A stretch of 63,998 nucleotides of DNA, counting the filler, from Pseudovirgaria hyperparasitica (taxonomy: Eukaryota), in assembly GCA_010093815.1 (NCBI GenBank). It is 8 parts of 5 records of this genome, joined end to end, with 100 filler letters (N's around TTAATTAATTAA, not from the genome) between each part and the next. Parts side by side here need not be neighbours in the genome. Positions count along the whole stretch, not along the records: positions 50,938 to 58,942 come from ML996600.1; positions 59,043 to 62,237 come from ML996602.1; positions 62,338 to 63,998 come from ML996606.1; 5 more parts are not named here. One strand, written 5' to 3'. Below, piece by piece: positions 51,154 to 62,342 of the stretch. The position numbers and the translations under genes were made by a program. The notes under the pieces were generated by a model that was given only the letters and a program-made list of their open reading frames with translations, was not told where the DNA came from and did no database searches. Each line of letters begins with the position of its first letter. Positions within the stretch are counted from its first letter, which is position 1.

Positions 51154-51655
51154 CTGACTTCGGCACATACAATCCGAATCCATGCAAGCTCAATCTGCTT
51201 AAATATTCTAATAGAGAATACAAGCTCAATCTACACCTCAAAAATGATTGCCACGACGGTACAATCTCAATCCGATTGGTCAGATTGCTTGTGTTAGATT
51301 GAATAAAGTGGGGTATATTCATAGATATAGCCTAGAGCCTTATCTTAGCTATATTTAGGTATTTTTAAAGCCTTAGGCAGGAATATTAGGGCCTTAGGGC
51401 ACGTTAAGGCCTTAGGCAGGCATATTAAGGCCTTAGGCAGGAACATTAGGGCCTTAGGCAGGAGTATTAGGGCCTTAGGCAGGAATATCATAGCCTTAGG
51501 TATATCTATATATATATCCACTTTATTCAATTTAACACAAGCAATCTCAATCCCTTGGCGCAGATTCCAAGCTCAATCCGTACTTTGAGGGTGACTAATC
51601 ATACAATCCTAATCTAGGCCCTCGGATTGTATCCGATTGTATATGCCGAAGTCTG
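51154..51655. mobile_element. Non-autonomous hAT-type element (502 bp) with 8-bp TSD
   Basis: TSD TTCGGATG at 51146-51153 and 51656-51663. Imperfect TIR C(T/A)GACTTCGGCAYATACAATC. The paralog at ~49774 shows the empty site. Many CAATC/GATTG subterminal motifs. Confidence 0.9.
51370..51500 (+). repeat. ~21-bp tandem repeat (GCCTTAGGCAGGAATATTAGG) inside the hAT element
   Basis: About 6 units, bracketed by a ~29-bp internal inverted repeat at 51283-51311 and 51518-51546. Confidence 0.9.
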
Positions 51656-52115
51656 TTCGGATGCCTTTGAGCTTTATATCTATGACGGATTGTGCGAAAT
51701 CTCTCGGAGATCTTGCTGCTCATACATTCACATCATCGGCTACCCTATCTCTTCTCTGAACTAATTTAAACTTCTTGGAATGGGGGCAAGTCTCGAATAG
51801 TTTTGGAGTTACGCGAATCGGAATGGGGTAGTTCTGGTCCTGTTGGCCTTGTTACTACATTCTCCCGGATGATCAGCGCCTTCATCTTACTAGCATCTTT
51901 AGATCTGTTAGCCAAGAGACACCGTCCTTATGACGATGAAGATATCTGCGCTATAATTCTTCTTGAAAAGCACGCCTTTCCGAAGAAAATTGTCTTTAGC
52001 CTCGCGGAACTTTCCATTGACCAATTTTTGGCCCATGGTTACGAGTTAGGTAGGGCTATTTCGCATAAAGTGTTAAGCTGCGTAGTATACCCTAGGTGAA
52101 GAGCTCATCCGGAGT

Positions 52116-52200
52116 GACTTTACTGAGCCGCAGACTTTACTGAGCCGTAGACTTTACTGAGCCGTTACACCTTACTACGCCGTCACACTTTACTGAGCCA
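52116..52200 (-). repeat. 17-18-bp tandem repeat with core ACTTTACTGAGCCG, 5 copies
   Basis: Read directly. The reverse complement carries the GGCTCAGTA motif. Confidence 0.92.
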
Positions 52201-53470
52201 CTGCAATATTCAACGCTAATATCGTTACGATTGAAACTGAGCCGTGAGAGGTACTGGCCTGGTGACTAGTCGCCAGCTGATCATGAAACCACATCGGCTT
52301 CCACCTGCCCTTTCCAGCGAAGAATTTCAGAAGTGGACTTGCCTAGGCTTCATATTGAAGTCCTGCCTTACAGTAGACGATATGCTGTATCTCGGCGCCA
52401 TCTCCAACGTCTGCCTTGGATCACTCACACAATGCAAGCATACTGACCTTTGTAATGTCGACAAGCCTTACTAAATCTGCGACTCGGTACTTTCTATGGG
52501 CACCTCGTACTATGATTATGAATACCTCATACTTGATAATGTGGAAGTCCAGAGTATAGACAACCCAGATGTTCATTGATAATGTTCGAAAAGTCAAGGT
52601 TACCACAAGTGTGTTCAAGCATTGGGTGGAAAGGACGAGTACTCGAAAGAAGATGGTAACAGCCAAGTGCCAGTTCAATACGGGCCACTATCTTCTTGCC
52701 GTTATCACTGCGTCATCACAAGCCTCCATTCGTCCTTCTCACTGTACCTGGCGGGCATATGATCGTCTTTGGGCTGACTTAAGCTATCCTCAGGCGCAAC
52801 GAGTCTATCGAAGTCGGCTAGTATACCAGAAGCGCTCTCGCTCCCATTGCAACTCTTCTTTGAGCTCGAGATTCTCAGACAACCAGACTTAACAGGTTGA
52901 GGGTGCGAGATTGGCGGAAAGTCGACTCCCTTTTTCGAACGGATTAGCCCTATACTGGATAGTCAGGGATACACTTCTCGGCATACCGACAGTGAAAGTC
53001 CCTTAGGTATAGTAGAAAAGCAGCTGTAAATAGGAGAGGCATGGATTGAAAGTGACAAGATCCGGTCCGAGGTCCGAACCGGGCCATCATTACAGCTGAT
53101 CTCTTTACATTTCATTTCTAGTTAGTACTCTCCATATAGCATTGAACAGACTTTTGTGCGTGTGCGAGATAGACAGATCGTCCGATGTCTGAGATTCCGT
53201 TACCGGTCGTGCGAAGGAAGTCCTCAGCCGTATGCTTGATCTAAGTATACGCCTGGGTCTTCGAAACTGGGTCAAGTTTGCTAAATATAGCATTACACTG
53301 TATTGCACGCGGACGCCTTTGAAATCGTAATCTTTTTTTGGTAGCACATCGTTAGCATAGCCCATGAAACATGTTTCATGATAACTGCACAAAGATGATT
53401 CTAAGCAATGTATAGTATAAAACCTGTTTAGTCAAGCTAGAGGACTGCTTGGGAGATACTTCGTACAACG

Positions 53471-54236
53471 ATGGATGACCAGTCTTGCCATCCGGGTATG
53501 AGTATCTACAGCATCACGCCTCCAGACAGCGAAGTTGCGCTCTGTGCTGGTGGCCCTGACAACCCTAATGCTACTTGGGAGAATGGACCTTTCCTTCGAG
53601 CCCTACACCGGCGATCTTATATCGAAACAACCTAGGGTCTGAACAGATGACAGCTGATTCCTCCGACTTGTTCACTGACGTCAATGAATACTCCTTTGAG
53701 CCGGACTTGGATCTTATATTGGACAGATCAGCTCCAGCTCTGTTCTACTCGGCTGGATGCTCGAGCATTTGACTTGGAAAAGAAGTCAGGTTCCTATTAA
53801 GGCAGGATTGACTGCCTGGAGGAGAAAGTAATTGCGCTAGAGGGAAGCAGAGAGTTGCTACAGCAAAGCAACTCGCGACTCGAAAAGCAGATGGATTCTG
53901 CATCAAAGCAGATCGGCCGGCTCACGGAGCAGAACACGGCGCTCCGATGGTAAGTTGACTGTGCTCTACCTGTGCCCGCATGAGGTCCCATGGGCTGATG
54001 GTACACGAAGGGATCTCGATGGCGTAAAAACGTATCTCGAGCAGTTCCAGGACTGGTCCTTTGAACTCAGGCAGTTGCAAGCAGCAAGAGGACGACGGTT
54101 CGGAACGGAGACTAGCTCTACGACCAAGAAGGGAGACAGCATCGGTTTAACCTCGGGCTTATCTGAGACTGTCGGTGATGGCATTCATAGTTATCTACAG
54201 ACACGTCCCTATCGTAATTATCTAAGAGCTGTATAG
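53471..54236 (+). pseudogene. Small coiled-coil protein gene, copy B
   Basis: As copy A, plus last exon DLDGVKTYLEQFQDWSFELRQL. Frame is disrupted near 53770-53800. Confidence 0.45.
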
Positions 54237-54531
54237 CTGCATAATGTAGTTCAGCCTAAGATAGCCTGTTGCATTGTGCTTTGATGCCTTTTGTGTCCGA
54301 ATTCGACGTAGGTTTCCAAATTCAGCTAGGTCTCGTGCCCATTCAGAAACCGCTTCATCGTCAACGTTAACTAAGTGAACGTCAAGTCATGATATAGGAG
54401 GTCCGACTAGGAGCTTATAGGTGTTTCAGCTCGATATGAGTGACTTTAATATTGTTTGTTTCATATGCCAATTATCTCATGATCAAATTGTAAATCTATC
54501 GATATATGACATAGCTAACGTAGATCTTATA

Positions 54532-55065
54532 TTACCTTCGAAAGAAATCAATGCTCAGACAGAGTGAAACTCCACACAGCAGTAAGGACAGCGATGTTGA
54601 CAAGTCATGCCCGGTACTTGTTACGTGGACAGGGTCGCCTAGCATTACTGTTGGAAAGGCAGTGCCCCCGACGAAAGACCCTGTTCCAGTGCCCCAAAGA
54701 ACACTCTGCGTCGAGTTTGGGTATGGATATGGAACCTTGTTTGACAAGGGTGGCGCAGGTGAGAGTGGAGAGAAGCGAGCAACATCAGAAGTGTCGAGGA
54801 CAGAGCTTGGCATCGACGGGTCATCGATCTGTGAGCTTCCGTCCTCTGCTCCTCTCCAAGTGGTTTGACGAAGCTCCGATGACGATGACGTCAGGGTTGG
54901 CAAATTTTTCCCGGCTCCGGCGGTGACCAGAACTTGAGTAGGCGAGGAAGGTTCTGTAATCTGAGAAAGAAGAAGTGTGCCTTGACCTACATGACCATGA
55001 AATGAGATGCCGAAAGCCACCGTCACGACTGCAGGGTCTCCAGTGTCCATGTCTGTGGTCTGCAT
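54532..55065 (-). CDS. Ser/Thr/Pro-rich protein with hydrophobic C-terminus (GPI-anchor-like)
   Basis: 177-aa ORF with PYPYPNST..GTGTG and C-terminal LSLLLCGVSLCLSI. A signal peptide exon was not identified. Confidence 0.4.
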   Translation of the reverse strand: MQTTDMDTGDPAVVTVAFGISFHGHVGQGTLLLSQITEPSSPTQVLVTAGAGKNLPTLTSSSSELRQTTWRGAEDGSSQIDDPSMPSSVLDTSDVARFSPLSPAPPLSNKVPYPYPNSTQSVLWGTGTGSFVGGTAFPTVMLGDPVHVTSTGHDLSTSLSLLLCGVSLCLSIDFFRR

Positions 55066-56023
55066 GGCAAGTAGTGGAATGGCATAGAGTCGAGGAACAA
55101 CGGGCCAAGTATCAACCTGCCTGATATACTGCGTAGGACAGACTTAGCACGGCAAGGACCGGAAACGGGCTCGGCTGTTCCTAGGTCCTCTGATAGTAAA
55201 GCAGTCCCGAACCGTTTCTGCTCTTCTTGTCCTATAAGGGGTGCGGACTACACGGGACGGACATGAGTAAGATAATTCGAGCACTAAGGTATGTTCTAAG
55301 ATTAAAAAAGTTGTCAGAATATCAGCCCAAATATACGATCAATCTTCGACCACATTAGATTATGTAAGCAAGCTGATAACTGCATATCGGCGGATAAGAC
55401 TTGAGAGCTGGGTTGAGGCCTTGAGCCGACTTCTCCATGAAAGTAGGAGCGATCAATCAAGGAACATTCTTCCCACGATTTCTAACAGCATGCGAGTATC
55501 AGTTCCCTTCGAATTCCCCTACTTTGGGTCATCTTGTGTTCATCCGAGTCGTGTATGAGAGACATTCCACTTTGTTCGAGCAAGTATTCAACCTGTGTCA
55601 AGCTAGAGGACAATACATATCTAGCTTCATTCGATGACAATGGTATGGGGAGGATTATGTGAGGTCTCGTGGCTGGCGTGAATCAGCAAACACTCCGTTA
55701 AAATGTGAAATGTTATTTACAAGCGAGATCTAGTAGCCTTGCAATTGTAGCGAGCTTTGGTGGCTTTATCGTTNNNNNNNNNNNNNNNNNNNNNNNNNNN
55801 NNNNNNNNNNNNNNNNNNNNNNNNNNNNNNNNNNNNNNNNNNNNNNNNNNNNNNNNNNNNNNNNNNNNNNNNNNNNNNNNNNNNNNNNNNNNNNNNNNNN
55901 NNNNNNNNNNNNNNNNNNNNNNNNNNNNNNNNNNNNNNNNNNNNNNNNNNNNNNNNNNNNNNNNNNNNNNNNNNNNNNNNNNNNNNNNNNNNNNNNNNNN
56001 NNNNNNNNNNNNNNNNNNNNNNN

Positions 56024-56313
56024 TTTGCACAGTCGACAAGCCTTACCAAATATGCGACTCGGTACTCTCTTATGGCTCATACTTGATAACGTGGAAGTCC
56101 AGAGTATAGACAACCCAGATGTTCATTGATAATGTTTGTAAAGTCAAGGTTACCACAAGTGTGTTCAAGCATTGGGTGGAAAGGACGAGTACTCGAAAGA
56201 AGATCGCAACAGCCAAGTATTAGTTCAATACGGGCTACTATCATCTCGCCGCTATTACTGCGTCATCAGAAGCTCCCATTCGTCCTTATCTTTGTACCTG
56301 GCGGGCATATGAT
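56024..56313 (+). repeat. Diverged direct duplicate of 52448-52763
   Basis: Shared GTCGACAAGCCTTAC...GTACCTGGCGGGCATATGATC. Confidence 0.85.
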
Positions 56314-57449
56314 CAAACGTTTCTCTTTCTAGTCACCATGCCTGTTATATGAAGGACTCCTGCTACATCTCTATAACTTACATTTCATCGCAGCTAGCCT
56401 AGAGACTTGCCTCGGAGTGAGAGCAATGAATGGGAACACGGACTAAATCAAGCTAATCAGACTACATGTATATTGCTCAGGTCTTACTTAGCTGGACTAG
56501 ACAGGACTGTCAACCAACTTTGTCACGCTTTACTCTACCGAAGCTCCCAGATTGAACCGCTGCGTGGCATTTCGACGATAAACTGCATTATACCTTGCAG
56601 TGATGAGAGCGCGCAGGAAGCTCTTCACTCTCCTGCCTAGTAAGATATGGGTCTGCGAGCCGCTGCGTGAACCGTTGAGCAAGGATAGCCTGTGCGTTGT
56701 GCGTAAGGTCCTTGCGATTCCATGGCTCAGTATCCATGGCCTACCAGTTTAGCCGATACCAGGCGGCGACTTAGTGGATTTAACGGCTCAGTATCACACG
56801 GCTCAGCATGATGACACTGTGAACTATCTGATAGTAACTCTGGTGGGCCAAGCGGCATATTCGCGGGACACTTGGGTGCCTGGCCCTGGATTGGCCCAGC
56901 TCTATACGACGACGTGTGACCAAGTCAAAGCTCACAATTGTATCACACAGTACTCATTGCACGCGACGGCAGGAACACGAGTAGTGTTACTGGAACATCT
57001 ATAATAGGACATCACCTAGTAGCTTTCGGCTCCTGGATTTAAGAACACCAACTAACAACCTGGTCAAGATGCTCGTAGGTACAGAAGCGATGTGCCTTGG
57101 TGCACCAAGCTGGCAAGTGGCGGAGAGGAAGAGGGAGATTAAGCAGAGAAATGCTGCGGCGTAGCGTTCGGTCCGTCATCCGGTGAAGGTGCTCGGTAGC
57201 CGGGGATGGCCGGATCACCGCCGTCGGATGTGGTGCCGGAGCACAAAACAAAACGGATGTCAGCATCAATCGATTAACAAAAGAGAACTGGCCTCTAATT
57301 CACGTTTCATGACATCTCCTGCGATATTACACAAAGCAAAGACGGCTCAAGTCTGTCCAGGACCTCCCCGCGCAGAAAACATCGTTTAACTCCCTTCCAA
57401 TATCAACTTGAGAGTCCAGAGGTAGTGTGCGAGGGCACCGAACGTGGAA

Positions 57450-57710
57450 TCAGCAATGACTGTCCGGGGGTGGACGCCCGTGATGGTAACCATGGCATCC
57501 GTGGAAACCGAGGCGATGCACTATATATGTGTAAGTAGTTGGATAAGAGCTGCATTTAAGCATATACGTACGTGATCGTTTGTCATCATTGCTCGTTTGC
57601 GTAGGAGACACAACGTTAGAACTCGGTGAGTATAATGTAGGATTCACTGCTGCGACTGCCAACGTAAGGAGGGACATTGCCAGGGCTGCCGTACACGCAA
57701 GTGCTCTCAT
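57450..57710 (-). CDS. Small secreted prepropeptide (69 aa spliced) with KR site and His-rich mature peptide
   Basis: Signal-like MRALACTAALAMSLLTLAVAA, 51-nt intron 57571-57521 (GTACGT..TAG), then NDDKR|SLHRLGFHGCHGYHHGRPPPDSHC*. Confidence 0.6.
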   Translation of the reverse strand: MRALACTAALAMSLLTLAVAAVNPTLYSPSSNVVSPTQTSNDDKRSRTYMLKCSSYPTTYTYIVHRLGFHGCHGYHHGRPPPDSHC

Positions 57711-58399
57711 CTTTGGTTCAATGCTGCCGTAAGAACTACGAAAATATGACGTTTTCTTCTGATGATCAGTGAGCCAAGAAGATCATACAAATTCAACCCT
57801 TGTGCATTAACAAGCCGCTTGATGGAGAATGAGGAGATACTTATGTGGCTCGGCAAGCCGTGTTCCTGAGCCTTTTACATTGATATGCTGAGGACTTAGT
57901 GAGCGCCCTGTCGCTCCCATCGCCGCAGGAACTAAAGCAGCAGCTGGAAAGGCACGGTGGCCCTGCGCCCCTTCACACTGCCCCTGCCGAACATTAGTCT
58001 TGTCGGAACTTAGTATTCCAAGCCATCCGGATCTTGTACTACCTCAACGAAGAAAGGATCAATGAGAACGTTGAAGGATTCGCATTCGCGTCTGAATACA
58101 CTATACAGGTATGGTTGGCGGACCTAAATGGCGCGAGTGGCGTGAGTCCTGGAGAAGGGCGCGCAAGAGGCCCATTCTGTATATCGACGTTAGAGGCTCA
58201 GTAAGTTCTTGCCAGCGTCGCTCCCGGAGCGGCTCAGTCGAGTCTCGGTATTTTACAGTGTAAGCAATCAGTCGACCGAGTTCTAGGCGATGTGTATGCT
58301 TTATAACCGTACTACCAAGTTTACTTGGACGTGCATGGCACTTTTAGCTAACAGAGTAGATTGGTTTAACTGGCCTATAAGCGTAGGGAGACGATCGGT

Positions 58400-58540
58400 G
58401 CAAGAGGACTTTGGTAAGGTTGTCTTACGGCGCCGTGATAAGATCTACATTTATGACTCAGATGGTACTTCATGGCTGACGGTCGGACAGGAGTTCGACG
58501 TGCTAACAAGCAATATGCGCACAGCAGCACCACTGCTTAG
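58400..58540 (+). pseudogene. Relic resembling the C-terminus of the DUF3723 gene
   Basis: DKIYIYDSDGTSWLTVGQEFD versus DMHLYDADGYGLTVGNCFD at ~25250-25305. Confidence 0.45.
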
Positions 58541-59861
58541 TACCGATTCGAATCACACCGAGACGTGTAACGTCTCGGACTACGCTCAAATTCAAGCTCG
58601 TCGATGCAAGTCTGTACGAAGACTAGGACCTGCTCCTCTAATGCCACTTGGGTCTTGTAACTATCAGGATGAATTAGATGCAAGGCTGGAGTTCTGGCTC
58701 CACCCCCTCCCCCTACCTGTAGTCTTACGTACTCGTCCCAAATCGAGGATGCTATCTCAAGATGTACACCCCGTGCCAACTAAGCCCACACCAAGGCTGT
58801 ATGAAGCCGGCATTCGGTCCACCAAGTAGAAAACAGGTTCAGGTTCGAACAATAGCCAGACTGGTGCTGTTGATCCTGAGCTGTGTAAAGTACCAATCAA
58901 TCGACAACCAACACACGGGTCGTGCGCATTACATACATGACANNNNNNNNNNNNNNNNNNNNNNNNNNNNNNNNNNNNNNNNNNNNTTAATTAATTAANN
59001 NNNNNNNNNNNNNNNNNNNNNNNNNNNNNNNNNNNNNNNNNNGCGGACTTCTCTCGCGCTCGCGGTGTCGGCTGGACTTGCTATCACGGCCATCTCGTCG
59101 GCTGGCACAACCTTCGTTGCGCTCATCTTGAGAGCCTACTATCCCGATCGATAATAATGGGAAGATCGAGCAGACAAGTGCACTAGAATTCATGGCGCCC
59201 GAGGTCTTGAAAGGCGGGTTTGATAAGGCGACACACGACCTGGAGGGAAGTCTCCGGCGGTCAATCCAGTAAGCGCGTGGTACACAGGTAATAACCGGGT
59301 GGACGAGTGGAAGAGAATTACACTGCGCTACCTGCCAGTGTCGCATAATGAATCCACGTAGCATTTAATCTATATTCGTGGTAGCACCGAGTCCAGACAA
59401 AACGATTATCACGCGTCCATAATGTAGCACTGCAGCAATGTAAGGATAAACCTGTCTTAGGGGTAACACATTCGTGCGCGGAGTCGGCACAACACCCGGA
59501 GTACCTGTAAGAAGTGATGCACCCAACGGACATAGTTCTATCGGCGACCTGTAAGTATTGGTGCCCCCTCTCTCGATCCGAAAAGAAAGAAAAGTCGGAG
59601 AATCGTTTCAAAGCTAGAACGCCTCCAACCGCAGCAAGAATGTGCGAGCACAACGGGACCACGGCGCAATCGTCGATTTGTACATGTGTACCCACCCCCG
59701 GCTCGTATTTCTTTTTTCGAGAAAAAGACACGACCAACCGGGGTTCGCAGAACCCACCGATCACCGATGTGTCTGTGGGCATAGGATGCATCTAGTTAAC
59801 GAAGAGAATGCCAGCCATAGCCATGAAAACATAGGTCTCCTCTTCAAATCTTTGCCCTTCA

Positions 59862-60330
59862 ACCAGTGTCCTCCTAAGTGCTCCCGACTTGAACTGTACA
59901 TATGCACTTCAACGGTACTATATATATATATAAAATAAAGATAGCGACGACTATATAGCTAATACTGTATATTTATTACTCGTTAACTTCTTCCTAGTTA
60001 TCTAGGGGTTAAGTACTCATGTTCTAGTTATATTTCTCCATAGTAGGCACTTCCATGGCCTATTTTCGAGCCTATGATAATGACGCGCTGAGGCCGCTAA
60101 TAATCTAAATTTCGTTCCGAAAGTCACGAATGGTAGATTAGACCTTCTCCTCCTTATTTTAGTACGTGTAAGGGACTTTAGGCATGGTGGTATTATTATA
60201 TTTAAATATATTATCTATATAGTACCGTTGAAGTGCATATGTACATAGGTTACAACTTCGAAGTGCGTGGGACTGAGATTTTGTACTCCTGAATTGCCAA
60301 GGACTCGATTCTCCGACAGCCGTGAGCAAT
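59862..60330 (-). repeat. Inverted segmental duplicate of 47560-48104, including a second MITE copy (59899-60241)
   Basis: Same TIRs and same flanks on both sides, with two small deletions. Confidence 0.9.
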
Positions 60331-60470
60331 AACTTGAGGTCAGACCCAACAGGCACGATGCATTCAGTGTTGCCAAGCATGCTTGATTGTCCTCCGGTTG
60401 AAATCGTGATGAGTGTTTGAATTGAGGACGTGCGCGCCTCGAAGAAAGAACGTGATCAGTGAAATCAAAA

Positions 60471-60509
60471 GTGGCTAGCGCGTCGACCACTGGTCGACGC
60501 GCTAGCCAC
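60471..60509. other. Perfect palindrome, 19-bp arms with 1-nt spacer
   Basis: GTGGCTAGCGCGTCGACCA-C-TGGTCGACGCGCTAGCCAC. Confidence 0.95.
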
Positions 60510-62342
60510 ATCCACCCATGCGAGTCTAGATTTCTTAGGCCCCAGCGCCAAATGCTATTTGAGCGTTGCTCTGTTGTGGGAACTGTCGAATCCAGGCAAG
60601 TTGTGGTGAATCGTGCATAAATGTCGAGTTATAATTGCTTGACGACGAGGAAGTGGGAAAGGGAGTAAAAACGGGGCGAGGATTATGTTATTTACAAGCG
60701 AGATCTAGTAGCCTTGCAATTGTAGCGAGCTTTGGTGGCTTTATCGTTGGTTGTAGTCTTCTTCGACCCGTTCCTGCGAACGTTTTTTCTTCGTCGTACC
60801 TGACACATGTATCCGTTTGCTTCACATCTCCTGATGAGAGGTGAGCCCCTGAGTTAGCTAAATTTATGGTAACAATACTGACAGGATCTTTGTTACATCT
60901 GAATTAACGTACTGTCTTGGGTAGAGGTCGGACCTGGATTGAGCTTTGGTGATGCTTGCTTGCATCGAGAAAGATTCCCTGCAAGCAAGAAAACGGATGA
61001 CGACGATAGCAACAACGTAAATCACCGACGAGGATATATATTTTAGCATACTGGAGCGAGGTAGATAAAAGGCAACCGCGAGGCGAGCAAGTAGCGATAA
61101 CTGACATCCCCCGCTCCAGCTTGCGGCACACGCATCTCGGTCGAGCATGTCGAAGGCTTCAAAGGCTATCTAGGCAGCCCCACGTATGGCCAATCTTTAT
61201 TGGCCATGTACTCGCCTGATCCTTAGGCACGTCAAGCCATTGAAATCCCCAGACGAGATCATGATGATACCCAGCTAGTTGGCTGGAATTCCAATTCGTT
61301 GTGCAGGGATGTGATTTCGAAGCAATCCAACGAGTCCAGCATGGATATTAGGTTGGGAGGCAGGTCTCGAGCGGGAGGACTTACTTTTGATCCCGTAATT
61401 ATACGACGATCAGAGTAGCCCGCTCGAGCAATGCATGAATGAAGCTACCAGTGCCGCTTTGTCGCACACCAGCCGCCAGTCTGCGAGTCTATCAAGGGTC
61501 AAGACTAATGGATGTACCGGCGAGATACTTGGGAAAGAAACAGTTAGATGCACTTACTGGGCAAAGCCGCTCTTGGCAGTTACCCCGGGCTAGTGTGTCT
61601 GTACTAGTGCAGGATCATATCGCACTACACCATCCATATATAGCTTTGATAATTCTTTTCGACCCTCATGTTGTTGCTCTACTGGAAAGTCTCGGATTTT
61701 GGCTATTTCCTCGGTTTTTGACCCAAAACCACGTATGAGTGACCATATGGACGTGTCATTCTGAGGTATAATTTAGATACACTCATCTCTCGGCTTCTCT
61801 ATCTCCTTCCTAATCGGTTAATTATCAAGTTTGAGCCATAAGAGAGTACCGAGTCGCAGATGTGGTAAGGCTTGTCGACAGTGCAAAGGCCAGTCTACTT
61901 TGGGGCAGGACTTCAATATGAAGCCTAGGCAAGTCCACTTCTGAAAGTCTTCGCTGGAAAGCGCAGGTGGAAGCCGATGTGGTTTCATGATCAGCCAGCG
62001 ACTAGTCACAAACGGTAGGGGCGTCTTTTAAGTCCCGCTTGTGATTATTTGCACCTGTCTAGCGAGGCTGACTTTGTGTTATAAAATCAGGCAGTTCTAC
62101 TATCTTTGAGAAGCTCTTGTACCACCCAGGAGCTTATCGCCACCTTCTAGACAACACTTGTACCTACTTACATCCTAAAACATGACTACAGAGGCACGAA
62201 TTCTTGAAGCAGCACGCCGTCTCAATGAGGTGACGTTNNNNNNNNNNNNNNNNNNNNNNNNNNNNNNNNNNNNNNNNNNNNTTAATTAATTAANNNNNNN
62301 NNNNNNNNNNNNNNNNNNNNNNNNNNNNNNNNNNNNNATCAT

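Noticed and set aside
51345..51530. 61-aa ORF with LPKAL repeats
   Set aside because: Translation of the 21-bp minisatellite inside a non-autonomous MITE.
32995..52200. Tandem arrays at 32995, 51370 and 52116 as CRISPR-like arrays
   Set aside because: No unique spacers, no cas genes, and a eukaryotic context. They are minisatellites.
3471..59364. Long ORFs made largely of X (3471, 28226-29188, 34674-35518, 55705-56113, 58762-59364)
   Set aside because: They read through assembly gaps.
7606..62337. Recurring TTAATTAATTAA flanked by N runs (near 7650, 10513, 22074, 47504, 50882, 58987, 62282)
   Set aside because: Artificial 100-bp contig linker with stops in all six frames, not a biological repeat.
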